The translations under genes and the position numbers were made by a program. A DNA stretch of 64,000 bases from the human T2T-CHM13v2.0 reference genome, Homo sapiens. Under the pieces are notes generated by a model. The model saw nothing but the letters and a program-made list of their open reading frames with translations. It did not search any database and had not been told where the DNA came from. The stretch is from the NCBI RefSeq assembly GCF_009914755.1, contig NC_060947.1. One strand, 5' to 3'. Positions 30,125 through 51,365 of this stretch are shown here, piece after piece (position 1 is the stretch's first letter; the number at the start of each line of letters is the position of its first letter).

Positions 30125-33100
30125 TCCCCCCAAAAGAAAGATTTCTTTATTAAGAAATACCAGAGAGTGAAAAACCCCCAACACATACACATTTGTAGGC
30201 TCACACAAAAGTGCAGAGATTTACATATTAAATTGCATTTAAATTAGAAAATAGATTTAAAAACAAAATACTTTTTTTCTCCAACAAAGTAAAGAGATTT
30301 GGTCAGTAGGAACGGGTGCTTTATGGGTAAAGGCAGGATGGTCAGGACAGGGAGAATGGAATTTAGCTGCTACGGAATCAGAATCCACCTCTAACCCAAC
30401 CTCACTCCTGGGGTAAAAGCAAAGGAGGAGATGATGATCTCAGCTAGGGCCAGGAAGGCCTCAGAGCTGAATGGACATGAAGAAATGGCTCACCACAGCC
30501 AATTTCCACCTGCCCCCAGAGGTTTGGGATCAGTGCCAACCATCCTGGCCTGGGAAAGTAGGGTGCATAGGAAGCTTGAGGAAGAAGGAGGAAGGGGAGA
30601 GTTGGAGACAGTGTCAGCCATTGAAAAGACCAAACAATTTAAGGCCCTTTTCCCCTGGGAACATTGATTCTTTAATCTCCCCTCTGATCAGATAGGGACA
30701 GTCCCAGCTGGTGCATGGTATGAATGGGACAGATCTTCAGGCCAACATCTTAAACATGGAAGATTTATTAAGGAAAAGAAAGAGGGCAGGGAGTATGAAA
30801 AAGCAGAAAATCATTTCACACTAGAGATAAGAGATTTCCACTTTGACCCTTCCCATCAGAAAGAGAAAGCTTCTCTGTCTGACCTAAGGGTCCTCAGGAG
30901 AACACTTGAGGTAAGGTGAGGGAGGAGAGAGAGCCATCTGAGCCCAGGAGAGGAGATGGGCTGAGTACTTATTAAAATGGGGTTCATATGAGTGCCAAGT
31001 TACCTGGGGAAACCTAACAACTTACAAATTCTCCAGGTTTGGCTTTATAACTTCAAGAAAAAAAACTGAGAGAACCAGAAAAAGAAGCAGACAGGAGAGG
31101 GATCTGAGTCAGTCTCTCCCCATCTCTCTTCCAATCTCTCTCTCTCTCTCTCTCTCAAGAATGCTCAACTTAAATCCTGTTAAAAGGAAAAAGGAAGACA
31201 TGGAAAAAGGTCTGGGAGCAGCCAAATTTCATTAATTCCAATTAACTGGGAAGTATGAGATGGGAATTGATAGGGAGTCTTGATTATACACCACCTAGAA
31301 AGAAATATATACCATCACTTGTAAAAGACCACTGATCAAATATTTCCAAGGGGGGGCCCTGATGAGCCTGCGTTAATAACTAAGACTTATTAGCAATTAA
31401 CGGCATCCATCTGCTTCAAAACAATATCCTAATATAGAGCTTGTTCTCTTAAGTAAATATAATCCCTCTACCTTCCTGATCCTGTTCACACTATATCTCC
31501 TTGAAAGTCCTTTCTTCATAGTCCAGAATAAGAAAACCTTCAGCCCAGAATGTAGTATAGATCAATGGAGAGTTTGGAACTACCTCTCCAACCCAAGGGT
31601 GCCCTGGTTAATGGAAGTTTGGGGAGTAACAAGCAACCCCTTCCAACCCCCACCCCCACCCTACACACAAACATATTCTTGAAATGGAAGGGGGAAGGAG
31701 GAGGCAGGAAGTTTGCATTAGACACAGTTTAATCGCCTTCAAATAGATGAAAAGTTCCGGTTTACACTCCCCCACCGCATAAGTCATCCAGACAGGACCC
31801 TGGCTTAGAAAGAGGAAAACACAGGTGCTCTAGGAAATATAGCCACATATAATACATAAATCTTCTTCCCTGAAATAGAGCAGGTCCTGAGCAGAGCTGA
31901 CTGGGGGCCACAGCCCACCCCCAGGGTGAAGTGGCTCTGGGACTCTGCCGGTGGAAGTGCTGGAAGAGCGGGGCTTGGAGGAAGCCCCCAGTGTGGTTAC
32001 CATAGCCAGAGGTGGGCCGAGGCCTTAGGGTGAGTTACCCGAGAGGGCAGCAGTGCTGGGCTTTCCCTCACTCAGCCGAGGCTTAATGGAAGAACTGGTT
32101 AGCATTTTTTTTTTTTTGAGGGTACATCGGGGGAGAGGAGAGGAGAGGAGAGCCTCTCTGTGCCTTGGTTTCCCATTTGTGCATTCAGGGCCTCTGCAGG
32201 CCTCACACAGGGAGTCTGAGGGGATAGTGTTTAAGTGAGCACTCAGGCTTCCTCTGAGGAAAAGAAATGACCAAAGTGCAGACTTTTATTACTGCCATTC
32301 CTGCTCCTAATGGGAGCAGGAGTCAAAAGGAAAAACAAATTAAAAGGGGCTAATGAGAAAGGAGGAGAGATGAGACAGAGAGTGTGAAGGGCTATGCCGC
32401 TGGCATCTCATAAATTCTTATTGAGAATGGCACAGGTATTAAAAAAGTTTCTGGGTAGTCTACGAGAAATGTCAATTATTATCTCTACTACAACTACTTA
32501 CATATATCTAATGGGAAAAGAGTGGGGCTTAGGTGTCAGAGTGGATGGGAGACAAAGGAGAAGCTACACTAATAAATACAACAAGTGGAAGGTACCTGTC
32601 CCATTCCTAAAAGGATTTGTGGGCAATGCTGGCACTTGGTGGCCAGGAGAATCTTCTGACCCCACTCTCCCTCCTCTTCAGTCCTGAAGACCCCAAGAAC
32701 CCAGTTAGGATCCCCTGGCCAGAGGTCTCTGTGACTGCCTCTGGACTCAGCACGTGCAGCAGCTTGGGAGGATTTGAGCCAGTCTCAAAAACTTTTAGCC
32801 CCAGAATGAGACCAGTGACCCCAAGCAGGAGGGCTGGGATCTGGAGGGAAGAGAGGGGGTCCAAGGGGACCCTGTGGCTGAGGCCATGGAGAACCAGTGC
32901 CAGGGCCCAAGAGACCCATTTTTCCAGTTATCAGAGGTGACTGACATCTTCTGCCACTGCCTTGAGTTCAGAAATTTAAAAAAGCTTGCAGCAAGAAAAT
33001 GCCAGTGTGCAACTGGGTGACTAAAGACCAAAGAAAAACAGTTAAAAGGGACAGCTTACTTGCTCTCTGTCTCAGGTTTAACTTCTCACCTGAAATCTCT

Positions 33101-33145
33101 CATAGCCCTAATTAAACACAAACAAAAGTCTCTTCCATAGATAGG
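30125..33145 (-). other. ZDHHC9: ZDHHC9 3'UTR, about 3 kb (end approximate)
   Basis: Repeat-poor sequence from the stop codon to a minus-strand AATAAA at 30151-30146. Confidence 0.7.
30146..30151 (-). terminator. ZDHHC9 distal polyadenylation signal AATAAA
   Basis: TTTATT on the + strand, with U-rich context on the minus strand. Confidence 0.7.
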
Positions 33146-33400
<255 letters not shown>

Positions 33401-33940
33401 TCAGAACCAACACCAAGCTATCGTCTTCTCGGCAGAACACAACTGAAGTTTATTTGAGTTTGATCCTTAACTGTTGGTTGGGGACAGATTTTTCTATTAT
33501 TATTAATAGTCATAATAATAGGAATCACAAATAATTACACAGGTCCTCCCCACTTCAGAACAAATGTCATAACATACTTATGTAACAAGGCCTGACCCAA
33601 TGGTCCTCAATCGTGTTTCTGCCCGAACACACAGCTCATTAGAATAGTGATTCTGAACCAAAGAAGGCCAAGTGTCCAAATTTTCAGCTGGTCATATGTG
33701 GTTTGAAAATGTCCCCAAGTGATTCTAAAATACCACCCTTCTCCACTTTGAACCAAGAATAACTAACCTAGATTGTTACAATTTGAGTCCAGACTCATTT
33801 AAAAAATAATATTAAAAATGACAACAATAATATATAAACACGGGTTGCTGTACTTTAAAAGGAAATTCAAAATTTAGGAAAGGCAAAGTAGAGAACTATT
33901 ATCTACCTTATAAAAAGAATTCACTTAAAAGTATGATTCT

Positions 33941-34250
<310 letters not shown>

Positions 34251-34264
34251 AGTATGATTCTATT

Positions 34265-36490
<2,226 letters not shown>

Positions 36491-36492
36491 TC

Positions 36493-37132
<640 letters not shown>

Positions 37133-37681
37133 GCTCAAGTAATATTTTTTTTTAGGAAAGTACTTTATATACTTTAAAGATATACTTTATATATCTTAAA
37201 TAGGACAGCTGGGAGAGTTTCCACAACTTTTGCATATTCCAGTTAGGAAGCCCCCTTCTACCACAGTAACCACATCACTAACTCTAATACAATCCCCTGA
37301 CCTCTGTCTTTGCCCCTATAGCATTTTATGCTTTCCTCATCAAGGCACTTTTCACAATGTTGAGCAATGGCCTGTTTACTTGTTTCTTGCCCCCACTAGA
37401 CAATGAGCTCCTTGAGAGCAGGGACATCGTTTGCCTCATTCATTGGTATAACCCTGGCAGCTAGTACAGTGGCTGGCACAGAGTCACTCAATATACACCA
37501 AAGAAATGACTAAATCTTAATCTACATCAAGGACACAAAGATCTGAAGGCAACATCAGGGCAGGTGTAGAGGCAGGGAAGCTGGGGTGATTAGAATACAA
37601 TATTGCCTAATTATATTTCCAAGCTGTAAATTAGCCTCCGCCCTCTCTATATCGACCCAGCCTTAAGTCAGGAACACTTAC

Positions 37682-37778
37682 TGGGCTCTGTGGCAAGAGG
37701 CTGCTACTGGTCTCTTGAGTACTGGGAGGTCGACTTCCACTTTCCTCCAGTGGCAAAATACCCCTTCGATCCAGCACA
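37682..37778 (-). CDS. ZDHHC9: ZDHHC9 coding exon ([32 protein letters not shown])
   Basis: Acceptor ccttcag|, donor |gtaagt, 97 nt. Confidence 0.95.
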
Positions 37779-38182
37779 CTGAAGGAGATAAGAGAGTTAA
37801 CAAAGAACTGGGCATTCACCCCTCCACCCACCTGGCCTACGGAATTTTGCTGCATAGACTGGAAAATATAAACCTGTCCTTTGGCAATCTAGCCTGAACA
37901 CAGCACATGCCTCTTATCTCCCATTCACTTTTTCTTCCACAAACCAGGAAATGTCACATTAACCAGGGAACAAACAAATGAAATTAAGAATGAAAGATCA
38001 TCCCTCCAAAACAACCAGCCCATGGTCTATGGTCCATGTAGACATGGTACCAAGTGGCAAGCCCTGGAAAGACCTATTTGACACCAAGAGGCCACACTCA
38101 GAAAAACACATCAGACAAGGTAACAGGATCAGGTTGAGCTGCTCATCCCAACAGTCCCAGGACTTTTGAGTGCCCTGAGCAC

Positions 38183-38286
38183 CTGGGGGGCAAGGGGCCA
38201 CACAGCACTTCACAGCAGTTCTTCACAATATTGCCATGGCTGTAGGGATTCTGGACGCGATTCTTCCCTGTCCATGATCCTTTGAT
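38183..38286 (-). CDS. ZDHHC9: ZDHHC9 coding exon ([34 protein letters not shown]; PaCCT region)
   Basis: Acceptor ttgcag|, weak donor AG|gtgctc, 104 nt. Confidence 0.94.
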
Positions 38287-38414
38287 CTGCAAGATAAAAA
38301 CCAAGGCTGACATTAAAAATAATGTTAAAATGAACAAATAATAATAATAAAATTAAAAACAGACACAAAAAAGAAAAATAATAATAATAATGTTGAAGAA
38401 ACACATGCAGCATG

Positions 38415-38600
38415 GGATAATAAAAAAGTTCTGGAAATGGATGGTGGCAATGGTTGCACAACAATGTGATGCCACTGAACTGTACATTTAGGATGTGAGG
38501 GCGATCTGGCTGCAACAACTGTCACCCCATTGATCGCCAGGGTTGAAAGACATTTAATATAGCACACTTTATATCATGTATATTTTATCACAACAAAAAA
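38415..38600 (+). mobile_element. L1M 3'-end fragment hosting the 7SK fragment
   Basis: aaaagttctggaaatggatggtggcaatggttgcacaacaatgtga...gccactgaactgtaca...gtatattttatcacaac is a typical L1MB terminus. Confidence 0.75.
38491..38546 (+). pseudogene. 7SK snRNA 5' fragment (nt 1 to about 56), 3'-truncated retrocopy
   Basis: GGATGTGAGGGCGATCTGGCTGC-AACAA-CTGTCACCCCATTGATCGCCAGGGTTGA matches the 7SK 5' end as I recall it, with 2 mismatches. Flanked by ACATTTA direct repeats. Confidence 0.9.
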
Positions 38601-38861
38601 GAAATACATACACAGCCATGAAAAATACTCACAATAGAGTGAAAAAAGCAGATAACTGAATGATATATACTATTTTTATTTAAAAGTACATAATATAAAC
38701 ACATAAATAAACATGGAAAAAAGTCTAGACAAGTCTAGAATATATAAATCATACTACTAACAAAGGTGATGTCTAAGAAGTAAAGTAAGAGGAACTTACT
38801 TTTTTCTTTTTGCTCATCTGTATTTTCTGATTTTCTACAGTGAATGTAGATTAATTGCTAA

Positions 38862-39168
<307 letters not shown>

Positions 39169-39290
39169 TAACTTTTTATATAGCAAGGATTCATCCAGTG
39201 CAACTGTCCCTCTCCATGCCAAACAGAGGCACCAGCTAGCCTTTAAGGACCTGTGAACAGTTAAAGGCTGTATACCCACCCAACTTTTCA

Positions 39291-40453
<1,163 letters not shown>

Positions 40454-40502
40454 GTTCCAGGAGTTTCTTTCAATGTCTCCAAGAAGCCAATTTTCAAAGA
40501 TT
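40454..40502 (-). CDS. ZDHHC9: ZDHHC9 49-nt coding exon (KSLKIGFLETLKETPG), ending at a U12-type AT donor
   Basis: Acceptor tttcacag|; 3' boundary AC|ATATCCTCC. Phase matches both neighbours with this boundary. Confidence 0.93.
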
Positions 40503-41369
40503 CTGTGAAATTGGATGGAAGAGTAGAGAGAAAAATTAGTGACTTCAGTCAAAACTACACACTATCCTAGTGCCTACTCACTTCCTTCCCTCCCTCTCCC
40601 GTGTTACACACTGGCAAGAGCTAAGCTCTCACTCGGGCAAGGGTGAAGAGCCTCATCTCCTAGCTGGTAGTCTCATGACTAAAGAGTTCACATTTCCAGT
40701 GCAGGACCAGGCCCTGGACTAGACAGGCAGGCAGAAGAGCAGCAGGCTCCCTTCCCTTTTCCCTAGCCCCCAACTATGGACATGTTAGGGGGATATTAAC
40801 AGATAAAAGAAATCAGAAATACCCAAGAAAAATCCTCTCTCCTTGCCAATACGTGTCCCTCCCTTGTTCAAAATCCAGCTCAGAACTCTTCTCTTTCCAG
40901 AAAGCTGTCTTAAGACCACTCCCTTAACTCCACATCACATCTGCTCTTAGATTGGCGTGTGTGTGGGTGTGTATGTTTGTGCACATGTACATATGTGGGT
41001 GTGCTTTCTATCTCCCAAACTAGACCATGAGCTACAAAAAGACATTTCTCAGGCAAAACCCTTACCCTTTTCTACCCCTTAGCACAAGGCAAGTTTTACA
41101 AGGCAGAAGAAGAGAGGATGCTCCGAGACAAAATACATCCCCAGCCTTTGGGATTACCTCAGAAATGCCCCAGTACTCTGGATACAGACCAGTAATTATG
41201 GCCCCAGTGCCCAGCAGTTGGCCAAAGAGAAGGCCAACACACTGATTAATACTCATTGATGTGCACTGAGGTTTGCAACCCTGCTCAAGAGCAGATAACT
41301 GTGCTCATTTCCAACCTGTCCTAAAGTACCTTTCACAATGGTACCACCAGGAAACCCAACAACCCTCTA

Positions 41370-41672
<303 letters not shown>

Positions 41673-42752
41673 CTATTTCAGTTGTAAAAAATACAGGGTT
41701 TTTTTTTTTTTTTACTTTTTCAAAATGTTTTCATAACCATCTCATTTGATCCTCACAATTTCCCTGGAACTTGGGCAAAAGGAGATACTCTTTTCCCCAC
41801 TTTACAGATGAAGAAACAAAGGCATGGAGAGGTTAAGTGATTTGCCTCACTCAGCTCATTAAAAGCAGAGACACTGCTTTTCCAAATAAAATCTTAATCG
41901 GTGGGCCTACTAAGTTCAAGAAGAATAAACAGGTCAAAATAGCCAAGGAAAAATGTAAAACTACAATATTTAAAATGGTATGGCATAGTTCAATGGAATG
42001 GAAAGAGCCCAGAAACAGATCTTAGAATATATAAGATTTTGTTGTCTAATAAACTCAGCATTACAAAATCAGAGGTAAAAGGAAGTATTATTCCATAAAC
42101 AATTACGTGACAATTGGCTATTTGGTGCAAAATAAGGATCGATTTTTTTGTCTTCATACTACTTGTCATAGTAAATTCCAGATGAATTAAAGAACTAAAT
42201 GTAAAAACAAAGTGAATCCATAAAATAACTATAAAGAATAAATGTTTATTTGTCCTCTATATGCAGAAGGACTTTCTAAGCATAAAAGTACTGGAAGAAA
42301 ACAGATGACAAGGAAAAATAGATTTGACTCCATAAACTTTAAAAAAGTACTTTGTGGTTTTGATTTGCATTTCCTTGGTGATCAATGATGTGATTATTAC
42401 ACATTGCATGCCTGTATCAAAACTTCTCATGTACACCATAAATATATATACCTACTATATACCAACAAAAAATTAAAAATTTAAAAAATATTTTGTGTAT
42501 GTTAAAATTACCATAAAGAAGACTAAAGAAAAAAAAACAATGGCAATCTATGTAAAGTTGTACCTGACTATATGAAAAGTTCTTAGAAATCAATAGGAAA
42601 ATACAAATACTTCGTCAAGAAAATAATAGTCAAAAGTTACTTGAAATTTGCTAAAAGAGTAATCTTAAGTGTCCTCACCACACACACACATGCACACACA
42701 ATGGTAACTATGTGTGGTGATGAATATGTTCATTTGATTGTGGTAAGCATTA

Positions 42753-43277
42753 CAGGCAGACACCAAAATCCACCCATACTCAAGTCATTCAGCAGCCCTG
42801 CAGAACCCACGGATAAGAAAAGTTGCCCCTCATGTACACAGGTTTTGCATCTTGTGAATACTGTACATTTGAACCTTGAACAACTCAGGTTAGAACTGCG
42901 TGCGTCCACTTGTACATGGATTTGTTTCAATAAATACAGTTGGCCCTCCGTATCAACAGGTTCTGCATCCACAACTAAACCTAGATCAAAAATACGGTAT
43001 TCACAAAATATGAAACTCCTGGAGACGGATACAGAGGGCTGACTTCATATCCATGGGTTCCACAGGGCCACTGCAGGACTTGAGAATGCATGGGGTTTGG
43101 TATTCAAGGGCAATCCCTGAAACCAATCCCCCAAGGATACTTAGGGACGACTGTATTTTGGATCCGCGTTTGGTTGCAGATGAGGAACACACTGATACTG
43201 TATTTATTGGAAAAAAAAAACCCTCATTATTAAGTGGGCCCATGCAGTACAAAACTGCATTGTTCAAGAGTCGACTG
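42753..43277. mobile_element. Tigger2-family MITE (MER8-like) with a second copy nested in opposite orientation (42866-43153)
   Basis: Termini ...gttcaagagtcgactg and ...agggacgactg; TA duplicated at 42864-65 and 43154-55. Confidence 0.75.
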
Positions 43278-43647
43278 CACATAAAACAAAAACAAAAAAC
43301 AAACAAAAAGGAAATAGGGCAAAAACTAATAAATACCATAAAACCTATATTTAATATTTTTCCTAGTCACCAATAATTCATTGTAATACTAGTAAAATAA
43401 TAGCATATTTTATGCCTATCAAAATAAGAATATAAATAATAAAATCCAGTGCTAGTGAGAATAGGGTAAAATGGACACTCTAACATACTGCTTGTGGGAG
43501 CATAAAATGAAAGAACCTTCCCAGAAAGCAATTTGGCAGTACGTATCAAGAGCCTTCATAAAGCTTGTACCCCTTTGGTAGAATAAGTCCATTTTCAGCA
43601 ATTTCTCATAAGAAAATAGAAATGTACACAGAAATTTTAAGTTCAAA

Positions 43648-44238
43648 TTTTTATTTTTATTTATTTATTTATTTTTGAGACACAGTTTCACACTTGTCAC
43701 CCAGGCTGGAGTGCAATGGTGCGATCTCGGCTCACTGCAACCTCCACCTCCCAGGTTCAAGCCTCATCAGCTGCCCGAGTAGCTGGGATTACAGGCATCC
43801 GCCACCACGCCCAGCTAATTTTTGTATTTTTAGCAGAGACGGGGTTTTGCCATGTTAGCCAGGCTGGTCTCGAACTCCTGACCTCAGGTGAAATGCCCGC
43901 CTCAGCCTCCCAAAGTACTGGGATTACAGGCATGAGCCACTGCGCCCGGCCGAAGTTCAAACTTTTAAATTAAATTTTGTATTGTTTGGAAGGCCCAGGC
44001 AGGGGAATCATGAGGTCAGGAGTTTGAGACCAGCCTGGCCAACATGGTGAAACCCCATCTCTACCAAAAAATGCAAAAATCCGTGGGTCGTGGTGGTGCA
44101 CACCTGTAATCCCAGCCAATCACGAGGCTGAGGTGGGGGGATCACTTGAGCTCGGGAGGCGGAGGTTGCAGTGAGCTGAGATCACGCCACTGCACTCCAG
44201 CCTGGGTGACAGAGTGAGACCCTGTCTTAAAAAAAAAA
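43648..44238. mobile_element. Head-to-head Alu pair (- 43648-43950; + 5'-truncated about 43990-44238)
   Basis: Opposite-orientation Alu bodies about 40 bp apart. Confidence 0.9.
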
Positions 44239-44239
44239 T

Positions 44240-45290
44240 CTATTACGGTAAAATATACATAACATACAATTTGCCATTTTAACCATTTTAAGTGTGCAAT
44301 TCAGTGGCATTAATTACATTCATAATGTGGAACCATCACCATTATCTATTTCCAAAACCCTTTCATTACTCCAAACAGAAACTCTGCACCCATTAAGCAG
44401 TAACTCTCCATTTCCCCCTTCCCCATCCCCTAGCAATCTCTAATCTTCTGTCTCTATGAATTTGCCCATTCTAGATATCTCATATAAGCGGAATCACACA
44501 ATATTTGTCTTTTTGTGTCTTTTTTTTTTTCACATAGCATGTTTTCAAGGTTCATCCACATTGTATCAGTACTGTATTCCTTTTTATGACTGGATAATAT
44601 TCCACCGTATGTACATACCACATTTTGTTTAACCATTCATCTGTTGATAGACACTTGGGTTGGTTACACCTTTTGGCTACTGTGAATAATGATGCTACGA
44701 ACACTGGCGTACAAGTAGGTTTTGAGTCCTTGTTGTCAATTCTTTTGGCTATTGTTATGGAATGAACTGTACCCCCACTCCCCAGTTCCATATGTTGAAG
44801 CCCTAACCCCCAATGTAGCTGCACTTGGAGGCAGAACCTTTAAGGAGGTAGCTAAAGTTAAATGAGGTCATCTGGATGGGGCCCTAATCCGATGGGACTG
44901 GTGTCCTTGTAAGGAGAGGATGAGACACCAGTAGTGTGTGAGCACAGAGAAAAGGTCACGTGAGGACACAGCAAGAAGGCAGCCATCTGCAAGCCAGGGG
45001 GAGAGGCCTCACCAGAAACCATCCCTTCTCGCACCTCTATCTTGGACTTCCAGCCTCCAGAATTGTGAGAGAAAAATTCCCATTGTTTGAGCCAGCCAGT
45101 CTGAGGTATTTTGTTATGGTAACCCAAGCAGACTAATATAGGTATACACCCAGGAGTGGAATTGCTGGGTCATGTGGTAATTCTATGTTTAACTTTTTGA
45201 GGAACCACCAAACTTTTCCACAGCAGCTGCATGATTTTACATTCTCACCAGAAATGTATGAAGGTTCCAATTGTTCCACATCCTTAAGTT
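44240..45290 (-). mobile_element. L1MB-like 3' region split by a MaLR LTR
   Basis: aaccattttaagtgtgcaattcagtggcatt... continues after 45140 as cccaggagtggaattgctgggtcat. Confidence 0.8.
44753..45140 (+). mobile_element. MaLR solo LTR (MLT1-type)
   Basis: tgttatgga...catatgttgaagccctaacccccaatg...ggacttccagcctccagaattgtgag...gactaata. Confidence 0.85.
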
Positions 45291-45667
45291 TAATAATTAT
45301 GATTGCAGTGTTACAACAATGAATAAAATAGAAGAATGAATAATGTCTAATGACAGAAGACTGCCTGAATAAACTTGAATAGAACCATATGATGGATTAT
45401 GCAGTCATTAAAATAATATATTAAAGAAACATTTATTAAAGATGTAGAAAAACGCTCAGGATAGAATGTTAAATGACAAAAGCAGGATTAAAAACTATCA
45501 TGTTACAGTCCAATTTTGCAGAAACACTAGTAGGAAATATAGCAAAATGGAGAGTGAATTTAGGATTAAGTTTTATTTATACTTTCTGCACTTCCCATAT
45601 TTTCCACAATGAACATGTGTTATTTTGATGAATAAAAGACTACAAAAGAATAAAATACATCAATTTG

Positions 45668-46062
<395 letters not shown>

Positions 46063-46466
46063 CTACATCTTTTCAGGAAAGGGAAGAAAGGTATAGAGAA
46101 GAATGGTTATACAGATATATATTTTTTACAGTATTTTAAATCACATTTTTTCTGATAATACAAGTAATACATGCTCATTGTAGAAAACTTGAAAAAAATA
46201 AAAGGAAAAATGAAGAAATCACAGTAGTGGAGGATGGCATATGAAAAAATGAAGGAAACAAAATCACTCATAATCCCACAACCTATAGATAATAAACTAT
46301 AAAAATTGTGGCATATTTCCTGTATTTCCTTGCATATTTCTTTATACATCATTAGATTTTTTAAAAATAGGTAACTGACTTCACACTGTAAATGTAGCCT
46401 ATCTCCCATTTTGTCATTTAGCTTTCTGGTATGAACTCTTTCCATCAGTCTAATGTACGAATGTCC

Positions 46467-47359
<893 letters not shown>

Positions 47360-47547
47360 CTATCTCAAAACAAAAGCATCCTGAAATCATTTATTTGACT
47401 ATTAGTCATGATAACTAGCCAATTATATTGTTATGAACTGTTTATATTTCTCCTGGAATATCAGTGCTTTTTAAAAAAATTGATTTGTATGAGTTCCTTA
47501 TAGTTAAGAGTATTAATAAGGAAAGGAAATACTACCTCACATCAGAC

Positions 47548-49410
<1,863 letters not shown>

Positions 49411-50449
49411 TAAAATGGGTTTTGATTTATAAAAATCTTATATACATATAGTAGCTTTTTAGTATACACGCTGCCGAAGAGAGCACCATATAGCTTTTAC
49501 CATATAAAGCAATATATATCTCCCAACCTTTGCCTAAAGAAATGGCTAGTAAGAGGAAAGCAATGCCCTCAGGATGCCACATGGTATACAGAAAAAACAT
49601 TATCCAATCATGGGAACTCAAGAAAAAGTAATTTTAAAAAGAACATTAGAAGTATGCCTAGTGATGATATAAGCAATTTCACATATAGGCCTATCAACAG
49701 GAATCTTTATGGCCCATTTCTCATCTTGGCCAGGGTTTAGCACACAGTAGGCAGTGATTACAACAAAGCCACATATATGTGGATGGAAGTACAGACCACT
49801 GTATTAGACACACATATACCTGACCCTCTTGCAGCAGCAGCAAAGAGAAGAAATAAGCAGTTTGGAATCAGACCTGCTCTAGCTTAATCTCATACTAATT
49901 ATGTGAACTTACATACTGGTGCTTCACCTATTTCCTCATCCGTAAAATGGGGATAATACCAATCTCATGGGGCTGTTACAAGTCTTAAATGAGAGAAAGG
50001 TAAATCACTTAGCACAGTGCCCAATATGTAGTAGAAACTCAATAAATGCTAGCAACTTTCCTCTTCTTGGGTTGCGTCTTAGACAGACCTTCCTTCCTCA
50101 ATGCTGCCCTCCAGTGGACTAGGTGTCTCCTCCCACTATGTAAGGTGGGTCCCACATGAAAATCCAGTACAGGAAAATCTAAATTTCAAAAATAGGTAAA
50201 GTTTATTTTTCTCATTTACTAAAGAGGTTTTTGTAAAGTTTAGGCTAGAGGATATTTAAATTTTGATTTGATCTACACAAGTACAGCTGATTTGCAGTTT
50301 TTCAGGAGCTTGTTGCCTATCTAAATTTCCCTATCTAAATCTAGTTCATTTCTCATCTAAATCTATCTTCCCTCCTCCCAAAATTGGTGACCACCCTGAC
50401 TTTCTAGTTCAACTCAGCCTTTTCCCTAGGCAATGTCCCCGTAGTTTTA

Positions 50450-50620
<171 letters not shown>

Positions 50621-51063
50621 TCAATAAAGACAGTTAATATCACAGCTAGCCATCACTTGAGCCCAAAAGTCTCACCACCTCTCCAAAACCAATGGGGGCA
50701 TTCAAAGGTTCCCCAAGCCCCCTGTCTTTTATAGACTAGACACTCAACATCACAGAATATGCCCATAAAACTCCACTAAGTGCATGCAGTTCTGTTGTAT
50801 ACATAAGAAAAAGTGTTTCTTCGAGGCTTTTTTTTCTGATTACAAAGAAAAACATTCATTTAAAAAAATAGCTAAAAATACATTAAATGAAAACATCCAA
50901 TTTCACTAATAATCAGAGAAATAAAAATTAAAGCACAAAGATACCATTTTTACCTATCATATTAAAAAACATTACAAACAATAAAAATACCCCATGTTAG
51001 CAAGGGTGGGGAAAGGTCATTCTTAGATCTTATCAGTGAGCAATATGGCAGCTGCTACTAAAC

Positions 51064-51365
51064 TTTTTTTTTCTTTTAAGATGAAGTCTCGCTCTGTCGC
51101 CCAGGCTGGAGTGCAGTGGTGGGATCTCAGTCTTGGCTCACTGCAATTTCTGCCTCCTGGGTTCAAGTGATTCTCCTGTCTCAGCCTCCTGAGTAGCTGG
51201 GATTACAGGGGCCCACCACCATGCCTGGCTGATTTTTGTATTTTTAATAGAGATGGGGTTTTATCATGTTTGTCAGGCTGGTCTCAGACTCCAGACCTCA
51301 AGTGATCCGCCCGCCTCAGCCTCCCAAAGTGCTGGGATTACAGGTGTGAGCCACCGTGCCCAGCC
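51064..51365 (-). mobile_element. Alu
   Basis: Reverse Alu within old L1M sequence. Confidence 0.92.
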
